From a virus, in IMG/VR virus record IMGVR_UViG_3300013126_000012, positions 1 through 64,000 of that record: 64,000 nt of DNA; one strand, 5' to 3'. The notes below the pieces were generated by a model, which saw nothing but the letters and a program-made list of their open reading frames with translations, made no database searches and had not been told where the DNA came from. Shown one piece after another: positions 19,771 through 30,274 of the stretch; position 1 is the stretch's first letter; the number at the start of each line of letters is the position of its first letter. Position numbers and translations under genes: made by a program.

Positions 19771-21632
19771 TAATCAATATCCAATTGTTTTTTCAATGTT
19801 TCAATTTCATCATCAGACCAACCCATTTCTTGCAATTTAGCTAATTTTTCGGAGGTAGTGCCCGGAGCATTAAGAAAATCATTTTTAATTGTCGACAGTT
19901 CTGCTTCCGGTTGATTTGTTTGTACAACTTCGCCGCCCGGTACTGTTTCATCCGGACTCAATATATCGCCAACTGCCGATACAACTGTTCCAACTACTCC
20001 GGCCGTTGCAAGCTGCGGAGCAATGTTTTGTCCTTTTTTATATGCATCAACTATATACTTGTTAAATCCATAAAAAATAGCTGGCATAATTACGCCTTGC
20101 GGATTGTCTTCGGTATCAATTCCTAATTTTTCTCCTAAATCTTGAATTTCATTTGAAACAATATCTAAATTCTTTGGATTTGAAAGTCGATATGAATCCA
20201 GTTTAAATATTCTAGCAAACATATCAGGTGCACCTGTTTTAAATACAGCACCCGGTCTAAATATATTTGAAGCTTGTTGAAATGCATCACCAATAAATGC
20301 CATATAATATGGATTTTCAGCATTAGCTGCACGTCGTGCAATTCCATTTGAAACTTGTTTATAACGCAATGGATCGCTTTTTTTCAATTGATTTAACCAT
20401 TCAGTCATACCTCTTGTTTTTCTTCGCCAAATGTTTGCTGGTATTCCTAATCGCGAAAGTTCTGCCGCATTCATACCCGGTGTTGATTTTAATATACCTG
20501 CAAGCGTTAAAGGACTTTTTTCTAATTTTTTTATAAATCGGGTATCCATTGTTTGTTTTAACAAATTCATTTCTCGTTTTGAAATTCCTAATTTTCTTAT
20601 CAAATTAATTGCAGCCTCAGATCCTCCGGCTGTAAATAATGCTAAGCCACTTCGGCCGATTACTGTAGTATAATTTATAACACCACCGGCACCCTTCTTT
20701 CCAACGTCAGCTATTTTATCAACAACTTTTCCAATAAATGAACGTTCAATCGGCGTTACTGTTAAATTACGGACCGTATCAGAAACATCGTCCATTTGTT
20801 TTGCTACTGCTCTACCGTTAACGCCGAATGCTTGAATTGCTAATTGATTTTTACGAACATATGCTGAGCCTCGTTTTAATAGTTTGGCAATTTCATCGCC
20901 TTTTCTAGCCATTGTTCGCAATTGAATTGAACTCAATCTGCCCGTACGGGCAGCTTCTCGATAAAAGTTTGCTAAATCATTAACGCTACCCGTTGCAGCT
21001 TTTGCCCAGATCTTTTCAGCTTTATACAACCCACCTAATGCTTCGATTGAACCCTTTAAACCTAATTTTATTCCAGACCCAACTACTGGTATGATGGCTA
21101 CTAAAGATAAAGAACCATCGATCCATTTACCGCGAGCAAAATATATAATAGCATTAATTGCATCGATAATATCACCATATCCTGGTATAAATCCTAACCA
21201 ATCTAATACGGTTTGAAAGATATCAATTTCATACATTTCAGAATCTTTATCTCGCTTTCGTTCTACTTCTTTAAATCGATCGCCTAAAGATTTTGTTGAA
21301 TCTAATTTAGTATCTTTTTCTATTGTATTTACAACCAATTGGTTGCCATCGATACTTAATGCGGCTGTGGGGCCTGTTCCGGTAAATATCCACGATGTTT
21401 GTTTTTTTGAATTTTTTATATATGCAGTACCATCATCCATAATATAAACCAAACCCAAGTTTGGATCGGTTAATTCATATGTTTCTGCATTATTAACATA
21501 TAATACTTTAGCATCTGAATTCTGTAAATATTTATCAACAGCTGACCAATTAGATACTGCTTCTGACAATTGCAAACGAACTTGCGCAAGTTCTTCAGAA
21601 ATTATTTGTTTTATATATGATTTATTGTACAT
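19770..21632 (-). CDS. Large protein with a pre-toxin TG (PT-TG)-like helical segment
   Basis: QTVLDWLGFIPGYGDIIDAINAIIYFARGKWIDGSLSLVAIIPVVGS; N-terminus IKQIISEE. Confidence 0.6.
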   Translation of the reverse strand: MYNKSYIKQIISEELAQVRLQLSEAVSNWSAVDKYLQNSDAKVLYVNNAETYELTDPNLGLVYIMDDGTAYIKNSKKQTSWIFTGTGPTAALSIDGNQLVVNTIEKDTKLDSTKSLGDRFKEVERKRDKDSEMYEIDIFQTVLDWLGFIPGYGDIIDAINAIIYFARGKWIDGSLSLVAIIPVVGSGIKLGLKGSIEALGGLYKAEKIWAKAATGSVNDLANFYREAARTGRLSSIQLRTMARKGDEIAKLLKRGSAYVRKNQLAIQAFGVNGRAVAKQMDDVSDTVRNLTVTPIERSFIGKVVDKIADVGKKGAGGVINYTTVIGRSGLALFTAGGSEAAINLIRKLGISKREMNLLKQTMDTRFIKKLEKSPLTLAGILKSTPGMNAAELSRLGIPANIWRRKTRGMTEWLNQLKKSDPLRYKQVSNGIARRAANAENPYYMAFIGDAFQQASNIFRPGAVFKTGAPDMFARIFKLDSYRLSNPKNLDIVSNEIQDLGEKLGIDTEDNPQGVIMPAIFYGFNKYIVDAYKKGQNIAPQLATAGVVGTVVSAVGDILSPDETVPGGEVVQTNQPEAELSTIKNDFLNAPGTTSEKLAKLQEMGWSDDEIETLKKQLDID

Positions 21633-21656
21633 AATATCTTTTTTAAATAAATATCA

Positions 21657-22004
21657 TTACTTCCAAAAGAGCTGTACTAAAATAAGTGACAGCGCTAACA
21701 TTAATGATACTGCAGTTTTTAGATTGATTGCCTCACCTTTAAACATGTATGTCATTATGGTAAAAATAAAGATACCTGCAACAAATGATGTAAATCGTCC
21801 AGGCCAAAATTGTCCTCCGAAGCCTGATACTGCATAACGAGTTGCTTCCATAAACGCCCATGTTATAGGAACTCCTAAAAACATTAAACCTAATTTATAG
21901 TTTCTTGCCCACTGCCAAAGCAATGGTCCATTTACTTGAACCCAAACAACAATTTGACCCAATAAGAATATTGTTATTGATAGTGCAATGTGTCGATAAT
22001 TCAT
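21657..22004 (-). CDS. Small 4-TM membrane protein (DMT/SMR-like size)
   Basis: Four hydrophobic segments. Start MNYRH overlaps the amidase stop. Confidence 0.6.
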   Translation of the reverse strand: MNYRHIALSITIFLLGQIVVWVQVNGPLLWQWARNYKLGLMFLGVPITWAFMEATRYAVSGFGGQFWPGRFTSFVAGIFIFTIMTYMFKGEAINLKTAVSLMLALSLILVQLFWK

Positions 22005-22681
22005 TGCAAAGATTTTAGCATTGCAATCATACGAGGACAAGGATAAATGTCCGATTTATCTTTGCGATAAGAATTATGAGTATAAACACCCCGTTCTCCT
22101 TGTAAAGCTCGTGTTGATACTGTCCATAAGTCATCGTGTCGGTATGTTAAGTCAATGCCATACGTTTCATTCCAATATACCAATAATTGACGAGTTGATT
22201 CAATTTGTGCATCAGTATATCGATGATAAAATTTATGTCCTTTATAAGGTGTTTCTAATTCAGTTACTTGATCGGCAGATATTTCTCGATCTACATAGTT
22301 ATAAAATTTGCCATTAACTCGATCCAATGGCCCCCAGTTACAAATCTCAATACCAATTGCATGTTTATCTAATGCTCGGTATGGTAAACCTTTTGATTTG
22401 AATACATCTGGTTTGATTCCTAGATGATACCCCCAATGCTTAGATGAAAATGCTTGACAAATTTCACCATCATATGTATCTTTTGATTGACCTTTGCCTG
22501 AAATTGTAACGCAAGTTGCAATGCGACCTCTATCATCCGTATCCCACATTCTAATAGTTCCAACGCCAGAAGAGTTACCTGCAGTATGATGAAGTACAAT
22601 TTGTTTCTTTTCGGTTGCTTCTTTTATGTATTGCGATTCTCGCAATGGAACTTGTTTGATTTTTGATGTATCTAGTTTCAT
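22001..22681 (-). CDS. N-acetylmuramoyl-L-alanine amidase (Amidase_2), probable endolysin
   Basis: IVLHHTAG, YHLG, IGIEICNWG, YTDAQIES, THNSYRKDKSDIYP. Confidence 0.88.
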   Translation of the reverse strand: MKLDTSKIKQVPLRESQYIKEATEKKQIVLHHTAGNSSGVGTIRMWDTDDRGRIATCVTISGKGQSKDTYDGEICQAFSSKHWGYHLGIKPDVFKSKGLPYRALDKHAIGIEICNWGPLDRVNGKFYNYVDREISADQVTELETPYKGHKFYHRYTDAQIESTRQLLVYWNETYGIDLTYRHDDLWTVSTRALQGERGVYTHNSYRKDKSDIYPCPRMIAMLKSLQ

Positions 22682-22684
22682 AAC

Positions 22685-23137
22685 TTAATCTTTTTGTCTT
22701 TTACCTTTATGTAAATCAATTTTATCTAATATGTCTGTTAGTAATTTGCCTTCAATGAATCCTGCCATTGAAGCATTTTTCAAAGCACTAATGATTTGGA
22801 AGAATACAAATGGTAACAATATTGTTTCACTCAGCCAACTTGTTCCTGGAAATCCTTTTTCGATAATTAACAACGTTGTTAAAAACATGATCCAAACTAT
22901 ACCAGTTCTTAAAATTTTAAGAGCTTTATATGTTTTAAATCCTTCCTTTCGAGTTCCTGCAATAATTCCGAATATACCATCTAATGCTACAGTAACAACG
23001 ATTGCTAAGTATTGTTCTGCATTATCCATGGTTAGATTTAATAAATACGTGCAAAGAAATGATACTGTTGTTGCTACTGACATCAATAATCCTGTTTTCA
23101 TTCTACTCATACCTTTTTCATACAGTTGGTTCATCAT
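22685..23137 (-). CDS. Phage holin family protein
   Basis: 3-4 TM helices, LDGIFGIIAG, IISALKNASMAG, basic tail; adjacent to the amidase. Confidence 0.75.
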   Translation of the reverse strand: MMNQLYEKGMSRMKTGLLMSVATTVSFLCTYLLNLTMDNAEQYLAIVVTVALDGIFGIIAGTRKEGFKTYKALKILRTGIVWIMFLTTLLIIEKGFPGTSWLSETILLPFVFFQIISALKNASMAGFIEGKLLTDILDKIDLHKGKRQKD

Positions 23138-23414
23138 CTTGTTTCTTTTGTTGGTTTGAAAACTTGTCTACTACAGTTCCAAACATGGCAGCAATAACAA
23201 TATATTCTATAGCATCAACTAAATATTCTGCAGGTGCAATAGATTTTGAATAAAGAGCGTTAACAAACATTATAACAAGCAAAGACACAAATCCAACTAC
23301 GCCGATAACACGTTTAGACGATACATCGCCTGATCGAGCATCTGATAACATGCGTTGAAAAAAGTTTTTGCTTTTACTCAATGTATTCCTTAGTTTTGAT
23401 AACATTTGTTTCAT
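23118..23414 (-). CDS. 2-TM membrane protein, holin-like
   Basis: SSKRVIGVVGF plus two hydrophobic helices; first gene of the lysis cassette. Confidence 0.6.
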   Translation of the reverse strand: MKQMLSKLRNTLSKSKNFFQRMLSDARSGDVSSKRVIGVVGFVSLLVIMFVNALYSKSIAPAEYLVDAIEYIVIAAMFGTVVDKFSNQQKKQDDEPTV

Positions 23415-23587
23415 GTATAAATATGATGTTGATTCAGTTTAATTAGATTTTTTTCATAAGTATTAATGTTCATTATGGTAATTTTAAGATTCCCTAATTC
23501 AAATTGCTCACCTGTTTGTGCTGAGAATCCGAATTCTACTGCGGATCCTACAAATCCTTTTCCAATAATACCAATTTTTAATTTCAT
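23411..23587 (-). pseudogene. Truncated nucleotide-sugar dehydrogenase (UDP-glucose 6-dehydrogenase-like) N-terminal remnant
   Basis: Manual translation MKLKIGIIGKGFVGSAVEFGFSAQTG... carries a Rossmann GxGxxG motif and stops at 58 aa. Confidence 0.6.
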
Positions 23588-24360
23588 AATGTTACTATAA
23601 ATTTTTGATTTGTTTGTGGATTAGAATAAATGGGGCTTCCCCATTTGTATTTAGCATATTCATGCCCAGCAATTTCCGAATTAATTCGTTGCTGTTCTTT
23701 TTCAGGTGTCATGGTTGTTAATGAAACAAAATGATAAAAATGCAAATTCCACGTTCTAATCATTTTTAAACCTGACATAGAACATTTTAAAAAGAAGTCC
23801 CAATCTGCTACCATACCCATTTCATAATTTTCATCCCATCCGCCTAAACGAATATAATCATACTTATTTATGAATATAGGTAATGTAGATCCACTTTCAT
23901 CTTGTTTATCGCCAGATGCATAATGATAATCAAATTGCCAAAATGCTTCTAAATCAAATGTTTTAGGATCTCTGCCTAGATCTTCTATAATAAATTGTTT
24001 AAATATGCTAGCATATGGTTCAATTTGATTAGGCGTAATTACCGAATTCGGTTCCCATTCTTCTTCTAGTGTTGTATCCCAAAATCTAGGAAATACATTA
24101 TCATCATTTACTATTAATATTTTATCATATTTAGCATTATATACGCCTAGGTTAGTTCCCCGACATAGACCTTGATTAATTTCTAAATTCAGTATATCAA
24201 TTGAATGTTTCCATCGTTCTAAAACATCTTTATTTAAGTCATAAAAGCCATCAACAACAACTATTATTTGATTTTTATTACGTTGGCCAGTAATAGCTGA
24301 TTTTAAGCACAAATCTAAAGCATCTGGACTTTTATATGTTGGTATAATTACTGATATCAT
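23584..24360 (-). CDS. Glycosyltransferase family 2
   Basis: ISVIIPTY, VVVDG, NDDN, GGWDE, DWDF. Confidence 0.9.
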   Translation of the reverse strand: MISVIIPTYKSPDALDLCLKSAITGQRNKNQIIVVVDGFYDLNKDVLERWKHSIDILNLEINQGLCRGTNLGVYNAKYDKILIVNDDNVFPRFWDTTLEEEWEPNSVITPNQIEPYASIFKQFIIEDLGRDPKTFDLEAFWQFDYHYASGDKQDESGSTLPIFINKYDYIRLGGWDENYEMGMVADWDFFLKCSMSGLKMIRTWNLHFYHFVSLTTMTPEKEQQRINSEIAGHEYAKYKWGSPIYSNPQTNQKFIVTL

Positions 24361-25046
24361 ATTGAAGCCCAATCAGTTAATGGGGATAACCATGCAGTTT
24401 CTCCATGAGTTGAATATCCTGGTATTGATGTTATTAATAATTCATTTAAATTGCGCAATTCTAAAAACATCTGATAATCATTAGGATGCGTAGATGCTGT
24501 ATGTTTTCTTAATATGTGTTCTATTCGTTTTAATGTAGATACTTTAGATGCAAATGTCATAGTAGTACTATTTGTAATTTTCCAATGGCATGAATTAGTT
24601 AAATACACGCGTGTATCTTCTGCACCCCCGTCGCAATATGGATTTCCACCATTTTGTGGACTCAAGTATTTATCTGGATGATCATATAATGAAACAAATG
24701 ATGCTCCCAATATAAAACCTTCCTGCAATATATTCAGCGAATCTTTCTTATGTAAATAATCATTTTCTACAAAATATACTATCTCATCATCGTCCCATTG
24801 CAACGCATTGTCTAAAGCTAAATTAAATGTTCCCGCACCATGTCCTATAGATACTTTTTGAATGTTATCGGGATGAACATACTTAGTGATCATCTTTAAC
24901 GTAACATCGCTGCAATTATCAGCTATGATATAAAGATCACAATTAGTAAATGTATTAACAAAATTATTTAAACATTTTTCATTATCAATGTAATTTGGTT
25001 TTTCCTTTTTGTAACCAGCATCGGATATTCTATAAACTATTTTCAT
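24357..25046 (-). CDS. GT-A fold glycosyltransferase
   Basis: IIADN and YFVENDYLH (DxD-like). Confidence 0.75.
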   Translation of the reverse strand: MKIVYRISDAGYKKEKPNYIDNEKCLNNFVNTFTNCDLYIIADNCSDVTLKMITKYVHPDNIQKVSIGHGAGTFNLALDNALQWDDDEIVYFVENDYLHKKDSLNILQEGFILGASFVSLYDHPDKYLSPQNGGNPYCDGGAEDTRVYLTNSCHWKITNSTTMTFASKVSTLKRIEHILRKHTASTHPNDYQMFLELRNLNELLITSIPGYSTHGETAWLSPLTDWASI

Positions 25047-26059
25047 ATCAGTGTTTTTATATATTTAACATAATTTTGGGAAGATTGAAATATATCCCCC
25101 CCAGATATTGTATTTTTTATATATTCATTAAATTTACCATGATCTATTTGATATTGAATAGAATCAAAAATTTGTTGTTTATTTAATTCTACTAATCCGG
25201 GATATGTATCAAATTTACCAATTTGCCCGCAGCCTTTAATTAAAACTGTAGGAATTCCTAATTGAATTGGTTTAAATGCTAATGTTGATGGGGCTGATAT
25301 AACCACCGCGGACTTTGCTATCAATTCGTCGATATTTTCTGAATTTGTTATAACATCGCATTCTAATAAACTGTTTACATATTGAACATCATTATGATAA
25401 TCTGGTTTATCAAGTCGTGCTTTAATTTTTACCTTTATTGGTAAATTAAAATGACCTGATAATTCTAAAATTCCAGATTCGTAAATAAATTCATGATTAA
25501 AATTAATAGGAAATATGGAACCTCTATTTCCTAGAAAATTAGTTATAACTAATATATGTTGAGGTTCAATTTTTACATTAGATAATGAATCGTTAGCAGG
25601 AATACCTCCATTACTAAATTCTATTTTAAAATCATAACTAGTACCAGATGCATCTTTTGTAACGTCTTCATTTCCATGAACATTGCCAATTACTTTAATA
25701 TTCCTACGTTTACATTCATTATAAAAATGCGGAATATTAAATTCTTGCATTTCTCGATTGTCGTCATAAATTACAAACTTATATGAACTTATATCAATAA
25801 AATCTAATAATGATTGATGAATACTATCACCATGATATTTTATGCCAGGCCCTTGAATTATGTTATTAAAATATTGTTTGTATTTATTAATTGCAACGAT
25901 TCGTTCGTCAATATCACCAATCCATGGCGTATTTAAACTAAACAATCCAACGCAAAATAAATCAATTTCATATTCATTAGATAGCAATGGTATTATAGGC
26001 CATAGTTTTTCTGCAACTCGATGATTTGTAAATAACAATAAAATTTTATTTTTTGACAT
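25043..26059 (-). CDS. Putative GT-B-fold transferase (possible acceptor-transferase for a CMP-sugar)
   Basis: C-terminal IDELIAKSAVVISAPSTLAF...GIPTVL resembles GT-B/capsule enzymes; located in the glycan cluster. Confidence 0.5.
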   Translation of the reverse strand: MSKNKILLLFTNHRVAEKLWPIIPLLSNEYEIDLFCVGLFSLNTPWIGDIDERIVAINKYKQYFNNIIQGPGIKYHGDSIHQSLLDFIDISSYKFVIYDDNREMQEFNIPHFYNECKRRNIKVIGNVHGNEDVTKDASGTSYDFKIEFSNGGIPANDSLSNVKIEPQHILVITNFLGNRGSIFPINFNHEFIYESGILELSGHFNLPIKVKIKARLDKPDYHNDVQYVNSLLECDVITNSENIDELIAKSAVVISAPSTLAFKPIQLGIPTVLIKGCGQIGKFDTYPGLVELNKQQIFDSIQYQIDHGKFNEYIKNTISGGDIFQSSQNYVKYIKTLI

Positions 26060-26759
26060 ATCGATTAGATCTAGGTAAACATTTAAATTGATCAGTTAAT
26101 GGCAAATAGGTGTTTTTATAGTTATGCAAAACAAATGTTTGATTTAATGCATTAACTTTAACATCTGGGTGTTTCCATAATGAATACATCATTGAAATTT
26201 GATCTTCAGTGTTCCATTTTGCTGTTTCAGAAAACCATGTTTTATTAAAATTACGTACGGTTTCGTTATTTCTTCGATATAATATACCATTTTCATATAA
26301 TCCGTTATTTGTTGGATATCCTTGTTGTTGGTATTCCGATCCTTGATTGAGAATCATTTCTTTTGGATCGCGAGGCGGAGTTCTATTAACAGTTTCATTT
26401 ACTTCTTGATATAAACAGGTACGATCACAATGTTTATGCACTGCCAAATCATAACCATCTAGATGCAATGAAAATAAATCATGCGGATCGTATGTAAAAT
26501 ATATTTCGTTATCCATCCATAACCAAGCATCATATTCTGGTAGCAATTCTTCTGGCGATGTTTTACATTTTCTAGCAGTCCATCTACCCGACCGCCATAT
26601 ATCCATTTTACGAATATCCCAAAAATCAGATTCTAAATAATCGCTATTAGTAAATGCAATATAATCTATACCATTTTTGTCATGTACATATGGTATAAGA
26701 TCTCCATATAAATAATCTGGTTGATCTGTGAATAATGCTGTATAAACTGCTAATTTCAT
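26046..26759 (-). CDS. DUF616-like glycosyltransferase
   Basis: VYTA, DYIAFT, WLWMD, H..R.CLYQE, EDQIS. Confidence 0.75.
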   Translation of the reverse strand: MKLAVYTALFTDQPDYLYGDLIPYVHDKNGIDYIAFTNSDYLESDFWDIRKMDIWRSGRWTARKCKTSPEELLPEYDAWLWMDNEIYFTYDPHDLFSLHLDGYDLAVHKHCDRTCLYQEVNETVNRTPPRDPKEMILNQGSEYQQQGYPTNNGLYENGILYRRNNETVRNFNKTWFSETAKWNTEDQISMMYSLWKHPDVKVNALNQTFVLHNYKNTYLPLTDQFKCLPRSNRYVKK

Positions 26760-27397
26760 GCTAAGCCTTTCCACGTTGCACCATTTTTTGTCCAATAATG
26801 GTTAATTTCTATTTTTGGCGTATAAAGATATGTATATCCAAGTTTAACTTGATCAATTGCCCAATATCTATCTTCTTTCCCTACTAATTTTTCATCAAAT
26901 GGATATTTTATTAAATGTTCTTTAGTATAAAAACAAAATGCATTATGTAAAAAATATCGTTCTTCAATATTTGAAAATAAATTAACAACGGGGTTATTTC
27001 CAAAATGACTCCAAATATATCTAGGTGTTATTTTTTTACCTTTGTATATCGGAATTTGCTTACCAAATACAGCAACATGCTCCTTTAAACATGTTTGAAC
27101 ATATTCATAATCCATTTGATGAATTTGCGAATGGGCAGATAAAATTAAAATGATATCGTTGTTACATTGGTTCGCCGCTTCATTGATAGATCGACCTGGA
27201 CTATAATTATCAATATTGAATATTCGTATATTTGTATTAAGCGAAAACAAATTTACAATTTCTATAGAATCATCATTGGAATTATTATCCATTATAATGA
27301 TTTCTGGATCTTTAAAATGATCAATAACTGATTGAATTGCAAAACCTATATATTCGGATTCATTTCGATTCCTAATTATAACTGAAATCTTATCCAT
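26756..27397 (-). CDS. Glycosyltransferase family 2
   Basis: ISVIIRNRNE, DNNSNDDS, FDEKLVGKEDRYW. Confidence 0.88.
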   Translation of the reverse strand: MDKISVIIRNRNESEYIGFAIQSVIDHFKDPEIIIMDNNSNDDSIEIVNLFSLNTNIRIFNIDNYSPGRSINEAANQCNNDIILILSAHSQIHQMDYEYVQTCLKEHVAVFGKQIPIYKGKKITPRYIWSHFGNNPVVNLFSNIEERYFLHNAFCFYTKEHLIKYPFDEKLVGKEDRYWAIDQVKLGYTYLYTPKIEINHYWTKNGATWKGLA

Positions 27398-28187
27398 TAA
27401 ATCTGCCTGCATAGTTTGTTCTCGAATCATATTCTAATTCATTATAACCGGTACCGTGATCTATCATCATATCATTAATATAATTAATATATTTACGTAA
27501 TCCAAGTAGTTCATTTGGAAGTATTGCAAATTTATTATCTCTCCCTGGTAGATTGTTATCAATAGTAAAATGTTTTTCAATAACAACTGCGCCTAATCCT
27601 AAAGCAATTTTAGCGGATTCAATTCCTTCAATATGATCACTGTATCCAATTAGATTATGAATTTTTTTTAATTCAATCATTTTTGGAAGATTTGCAATTT
27701 CATATTTACCTGGATATACGGAAACGCAATGCATTAAATACAACGTTGATTTATTAAAAAAACTTATACTATGTTTAATTTCATCTAAAGTAGATGTACC
27801 GGTGGACATAAATACTGTTTTGAAATGATTATTACAATATTTTATTAAATTAATATTTCTAGATTCAAAACTAGGTATTTTAACAGCATCGCAATTTAAT
27901 TCAACTAATAATTTAGCATCATCGATACTAAAAACTGATGATAAAAATGAGATATTCATTTCATTGCAATATGCTATTAATTCTTCGTGCCGTTCCTTTG
28001 TTAGTTCAGCTTGTTCATATATTTCACGGCGGCCATCAGTATCCCAATCTCCTGATTTTAATCTCGATACAGACCAAGTTTGAAATTTTGCATAATCTGC
28101 ACCTGATTCTGCAGCTTCATGAATCATACGTTTTGCTAAATTCATATCACCGCAATGATTCCAACCAATTTCTGCTATTATTTTCAT
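27390..28187 (-). CDS. neuB: NeuB-family nonulosonic acid (sialic acid-like) synthase, lacking the SAF domain
   Basis: IIAEIGWNHCGD, ADYAKFQ, KIPS, MSTG, HCVSVYP, GYSDH, IEKHFT. Confidence 0.92.
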   Translation of the reverse strand: MKIIAEIGWNHCGDMNLAKRMIHEAAESGADYAKFQTWSVSRLKSGDWDTDGRREIYEQAELTKERHEELIAYCNEMNISFLSSVFSIDDAKLLVELNCDAVKIPSFESRNINLIKYCNNHFKTVFMSTGTSTLDEIKHSISFFNKSTLYLMHCVSVYPGKYEIANLPKMIELKKIHNLIGYSDHIEGIESAKIALGLGAVVIEKHFTIDNNLPGRDNKFAILPNELLGLRKYINYINDMMIDHGTGYNELEYDSRTNYAGRFNG

Positions 28188-28188
28188 A

Positions 28189-28776
28189 TTATTTTCTTTT
28201 TAATAACCATATAAAATATGCAGAATCTTGTTTGCTTGTCGTTTCATATAGTAAATCATATGTTTGTAAAATTTGATCATAATTATGATATAATCTAGGA
28301 TGTTTTGGAGTTTCAAATTCTTTTTTCAATTCTCGTATCATGATAAAGTTAGGTTGCCAATTACTAATTAATTTTTTGATAATATAATCGGCTTTTTCGT
28401 ATTGTAAATGCATGAAATGGTCTGACACTAGAAATAAATCTAACTTTTCGATGCTAATAGTATCGATAATATCTTGAGAATCTCCTTCGAAAAAATTTAC
28501 TATATTTTTAATATCTGGATGCATATTTTCATATGATGCATCTTTAAATAAATCACTACAATTTAGATTCAATGATTTTTTTGCTAACCACATATAATAT
28601 AAATTTCGAGCAGGACCTGATCCTAATTCGAATACAGAGTTTAATTCTTGTATAATATTCTGTTGTTTTAATATATCAACTAATTCAATTGAATTTTCAT
28701 GTAATAATTGTCTAGCCGACATTCCGACTGCTGATTGATAGTTAGCAGGGAATCTTTCTTTTCCAAATTTTGCCAT
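28189..28776 (-). CDS. Class I SAM-dependent methyltransferase
   Basis: Motif I VFELGSGPARNL; HFMHL. Confidence 0.75.
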   Translation of the reverse strand: MAKFGKERFPANYQSAVGMSARQLLHENSIELVDILKQQNIIQELNSVFELGSGPARNLYYMWLAKKSLNLNCSDLFKDASYENMHPDIKNIVNFFEGDSQDIIDTISIEKLDLFLVSDHFMHLQYEKADYIIKKLISNWQPNFIMIRELKKEFETPKHPRLYHNYDQILQTYDLLYETTSKQDSAYFIWLLKRK

Positions 28777-28778
28777 TA

Positions 28779-29345
28779 TTAACCTATTATTTTTTGTTTA
28801 ACTTGTTCTAAATCACTTTCATAATGAATATCGGTTGCGTGATCTTGAATACAACCAATTCTTTTACTAACCATTCCGTTTTTTAAATAATCAAACTTAA
28901 AAATTCTTACAGAACCACTTCTTTTATATGTTGGATTGATTGTAATTAAATCATCATAATTATTATCAATCATATATTTAATACACTCATCTAATGTATG
29001 TGTTCGATCCGGATTGTCTGGTTGTAACGCTATAACTAGATCGTATACTCCATTTTCAATTTTACTGCAAAAATCAATATACACGTCAGTAACCTCTGCA
29101 TCTTTTAATAAATGTTCGGGCCTAGCTGTCCATAATACATCATTTTTCAAAGCAATATCCCAAACTTCTGGACTTTCTGATGATACTACGATAGTAGGTT
29201 TGTATTTACTAGCTTTTGCATATTCAATTGAATATTCAATCATTGGTCTGCCATTTATTTCTTGAATATTTTTATTTTGTAGTCTAGTTGAATCTAATTT
29301 TGCTGGTATTAGTACTAATACATTTAAAATTTGTTTATCGCCCAT
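28779..29345 (-). CDS. NeuA-like acylneuraminate cytidylyltransferase (start uncertain)
   Basis: LIPAKLDSTRLQNKNI, VVSSE, RP..L, LQP..P.R, DIH...DL. Confidence 0.85.
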   Translation of the reverse strand: MGDKQILNVLVLIPAKLDSTRLQNKNIQEINGRPMIEYSIEYAKASKYKPTIVVSSESPEVWDIALKNDVLWTARPEHLLKDAEVTDVYIDFCSKIENGVYDLVIALQPDNPDRTHTLDECIKYMIDNNYDDLITINPTYKRSGSVRIFKFDYLKNGMVSKRIGCIQDHATDIHYESDLEQVKQKIIG

Positions 29346-30274
29346 TCATATGCCTTTTTTTGTCCTTCCCACGTCATTCCTCCAACGTGTGGCGTAATTA
29401 ATATATTTTTTCCACTATTCATTGCTCGAAGTATTGGTGAGTTTGCAATGTTATCAAATTCATTTTCAATTACATCTGTTGCATACCCCGATATTAAATT
29501 TTCATCTAATGCCGTTACAATATCATCCTCATTTACAATTTCTCCGCGCGATGTATTTATAATATATGGTTTTTTTATACTATATCCAAGTAACTGTTTA
29601 TTAATCATATACTTGGTTTCATCAGACACATGTACATGAATTGATATGACATCGCTATGTTCTATCAGTTTACGTAATGAACTACATGTATAGTTTAATC
29701 GAAATCTATCATCTAATTCTGATGTTATAAATGGATCATATATTTTTACATTTGCGCCAAATGCATCACAATACTTAAACATTAATTTACCCAATCGACC
29801 ATATCCGATAATTCCTATATTAAGGTCTTTAATTTGACGTCCGATAAATTTAGTATAGTCCCAATTATAATTTGCTACATGTTGATTGGCAGTTGGTATT
29901 TTTCTCAACATTGCTAACATCAACCCAAAGGCCAATTCTGCAGTTGATGGTAATTCATTAATTAATTCATAATCATTGGTTAATGAATATATGTTGATAT
30001 TATGATTTGCACAATATTGGATGTCGATATGATTCATTCCAGTCGAACATGTATTAATTAATGATATCTTAGTATCTCTAAGTAATTCTTCATCAATTTT
30101 ATATGTTTGTTGATTAGGATTACAGAGTATAGTATCGATATCATGGTTCAAAAGAAATGTTCGTACTTCAGATTTCATTCCTTCTTCTAAATAAAAAATT
30201 TCACCTTTAGTAGATAATAATTCTAATATACCATCTAAATGTTTAACGGGAGTAATAACTGCTATTTTCATCAC
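29324..30274 (-). CDS. D-isomer-specific 2-hydroxyacid dehydrogenase
   Basis: STGMNHID, GIIGYGRLG, INTSRGEIV, TPHVGG. Confidence 0.9.
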   Translation of the reverse strand: MMKIAVITPVKHLDGILELLSTKGEIFYLEEGMKSEVRTFLLNHDIDTILCNPNQQTYKIDEELLRDTKISLINTCSTGMNHIDIQYCANHNINIYSLTNDYELINELPSTAELAFGLMLAMLRKIPTANQHVANYNWDYTKFIGRQIKDLNIGIIGYGRLGKLMFKYCDAFGANVKIYDPFITSELDDRFRLNYTCSSLRKLIEHSDVISIHVHVSDETKYMINKQLLGYSIKKPYIINTSRGEIVNEDDIVTALDENLISGYATDVIENEFDNIANSPILRAMNSGKNILITPHVGGMTWEGQKKAYEWAINKF

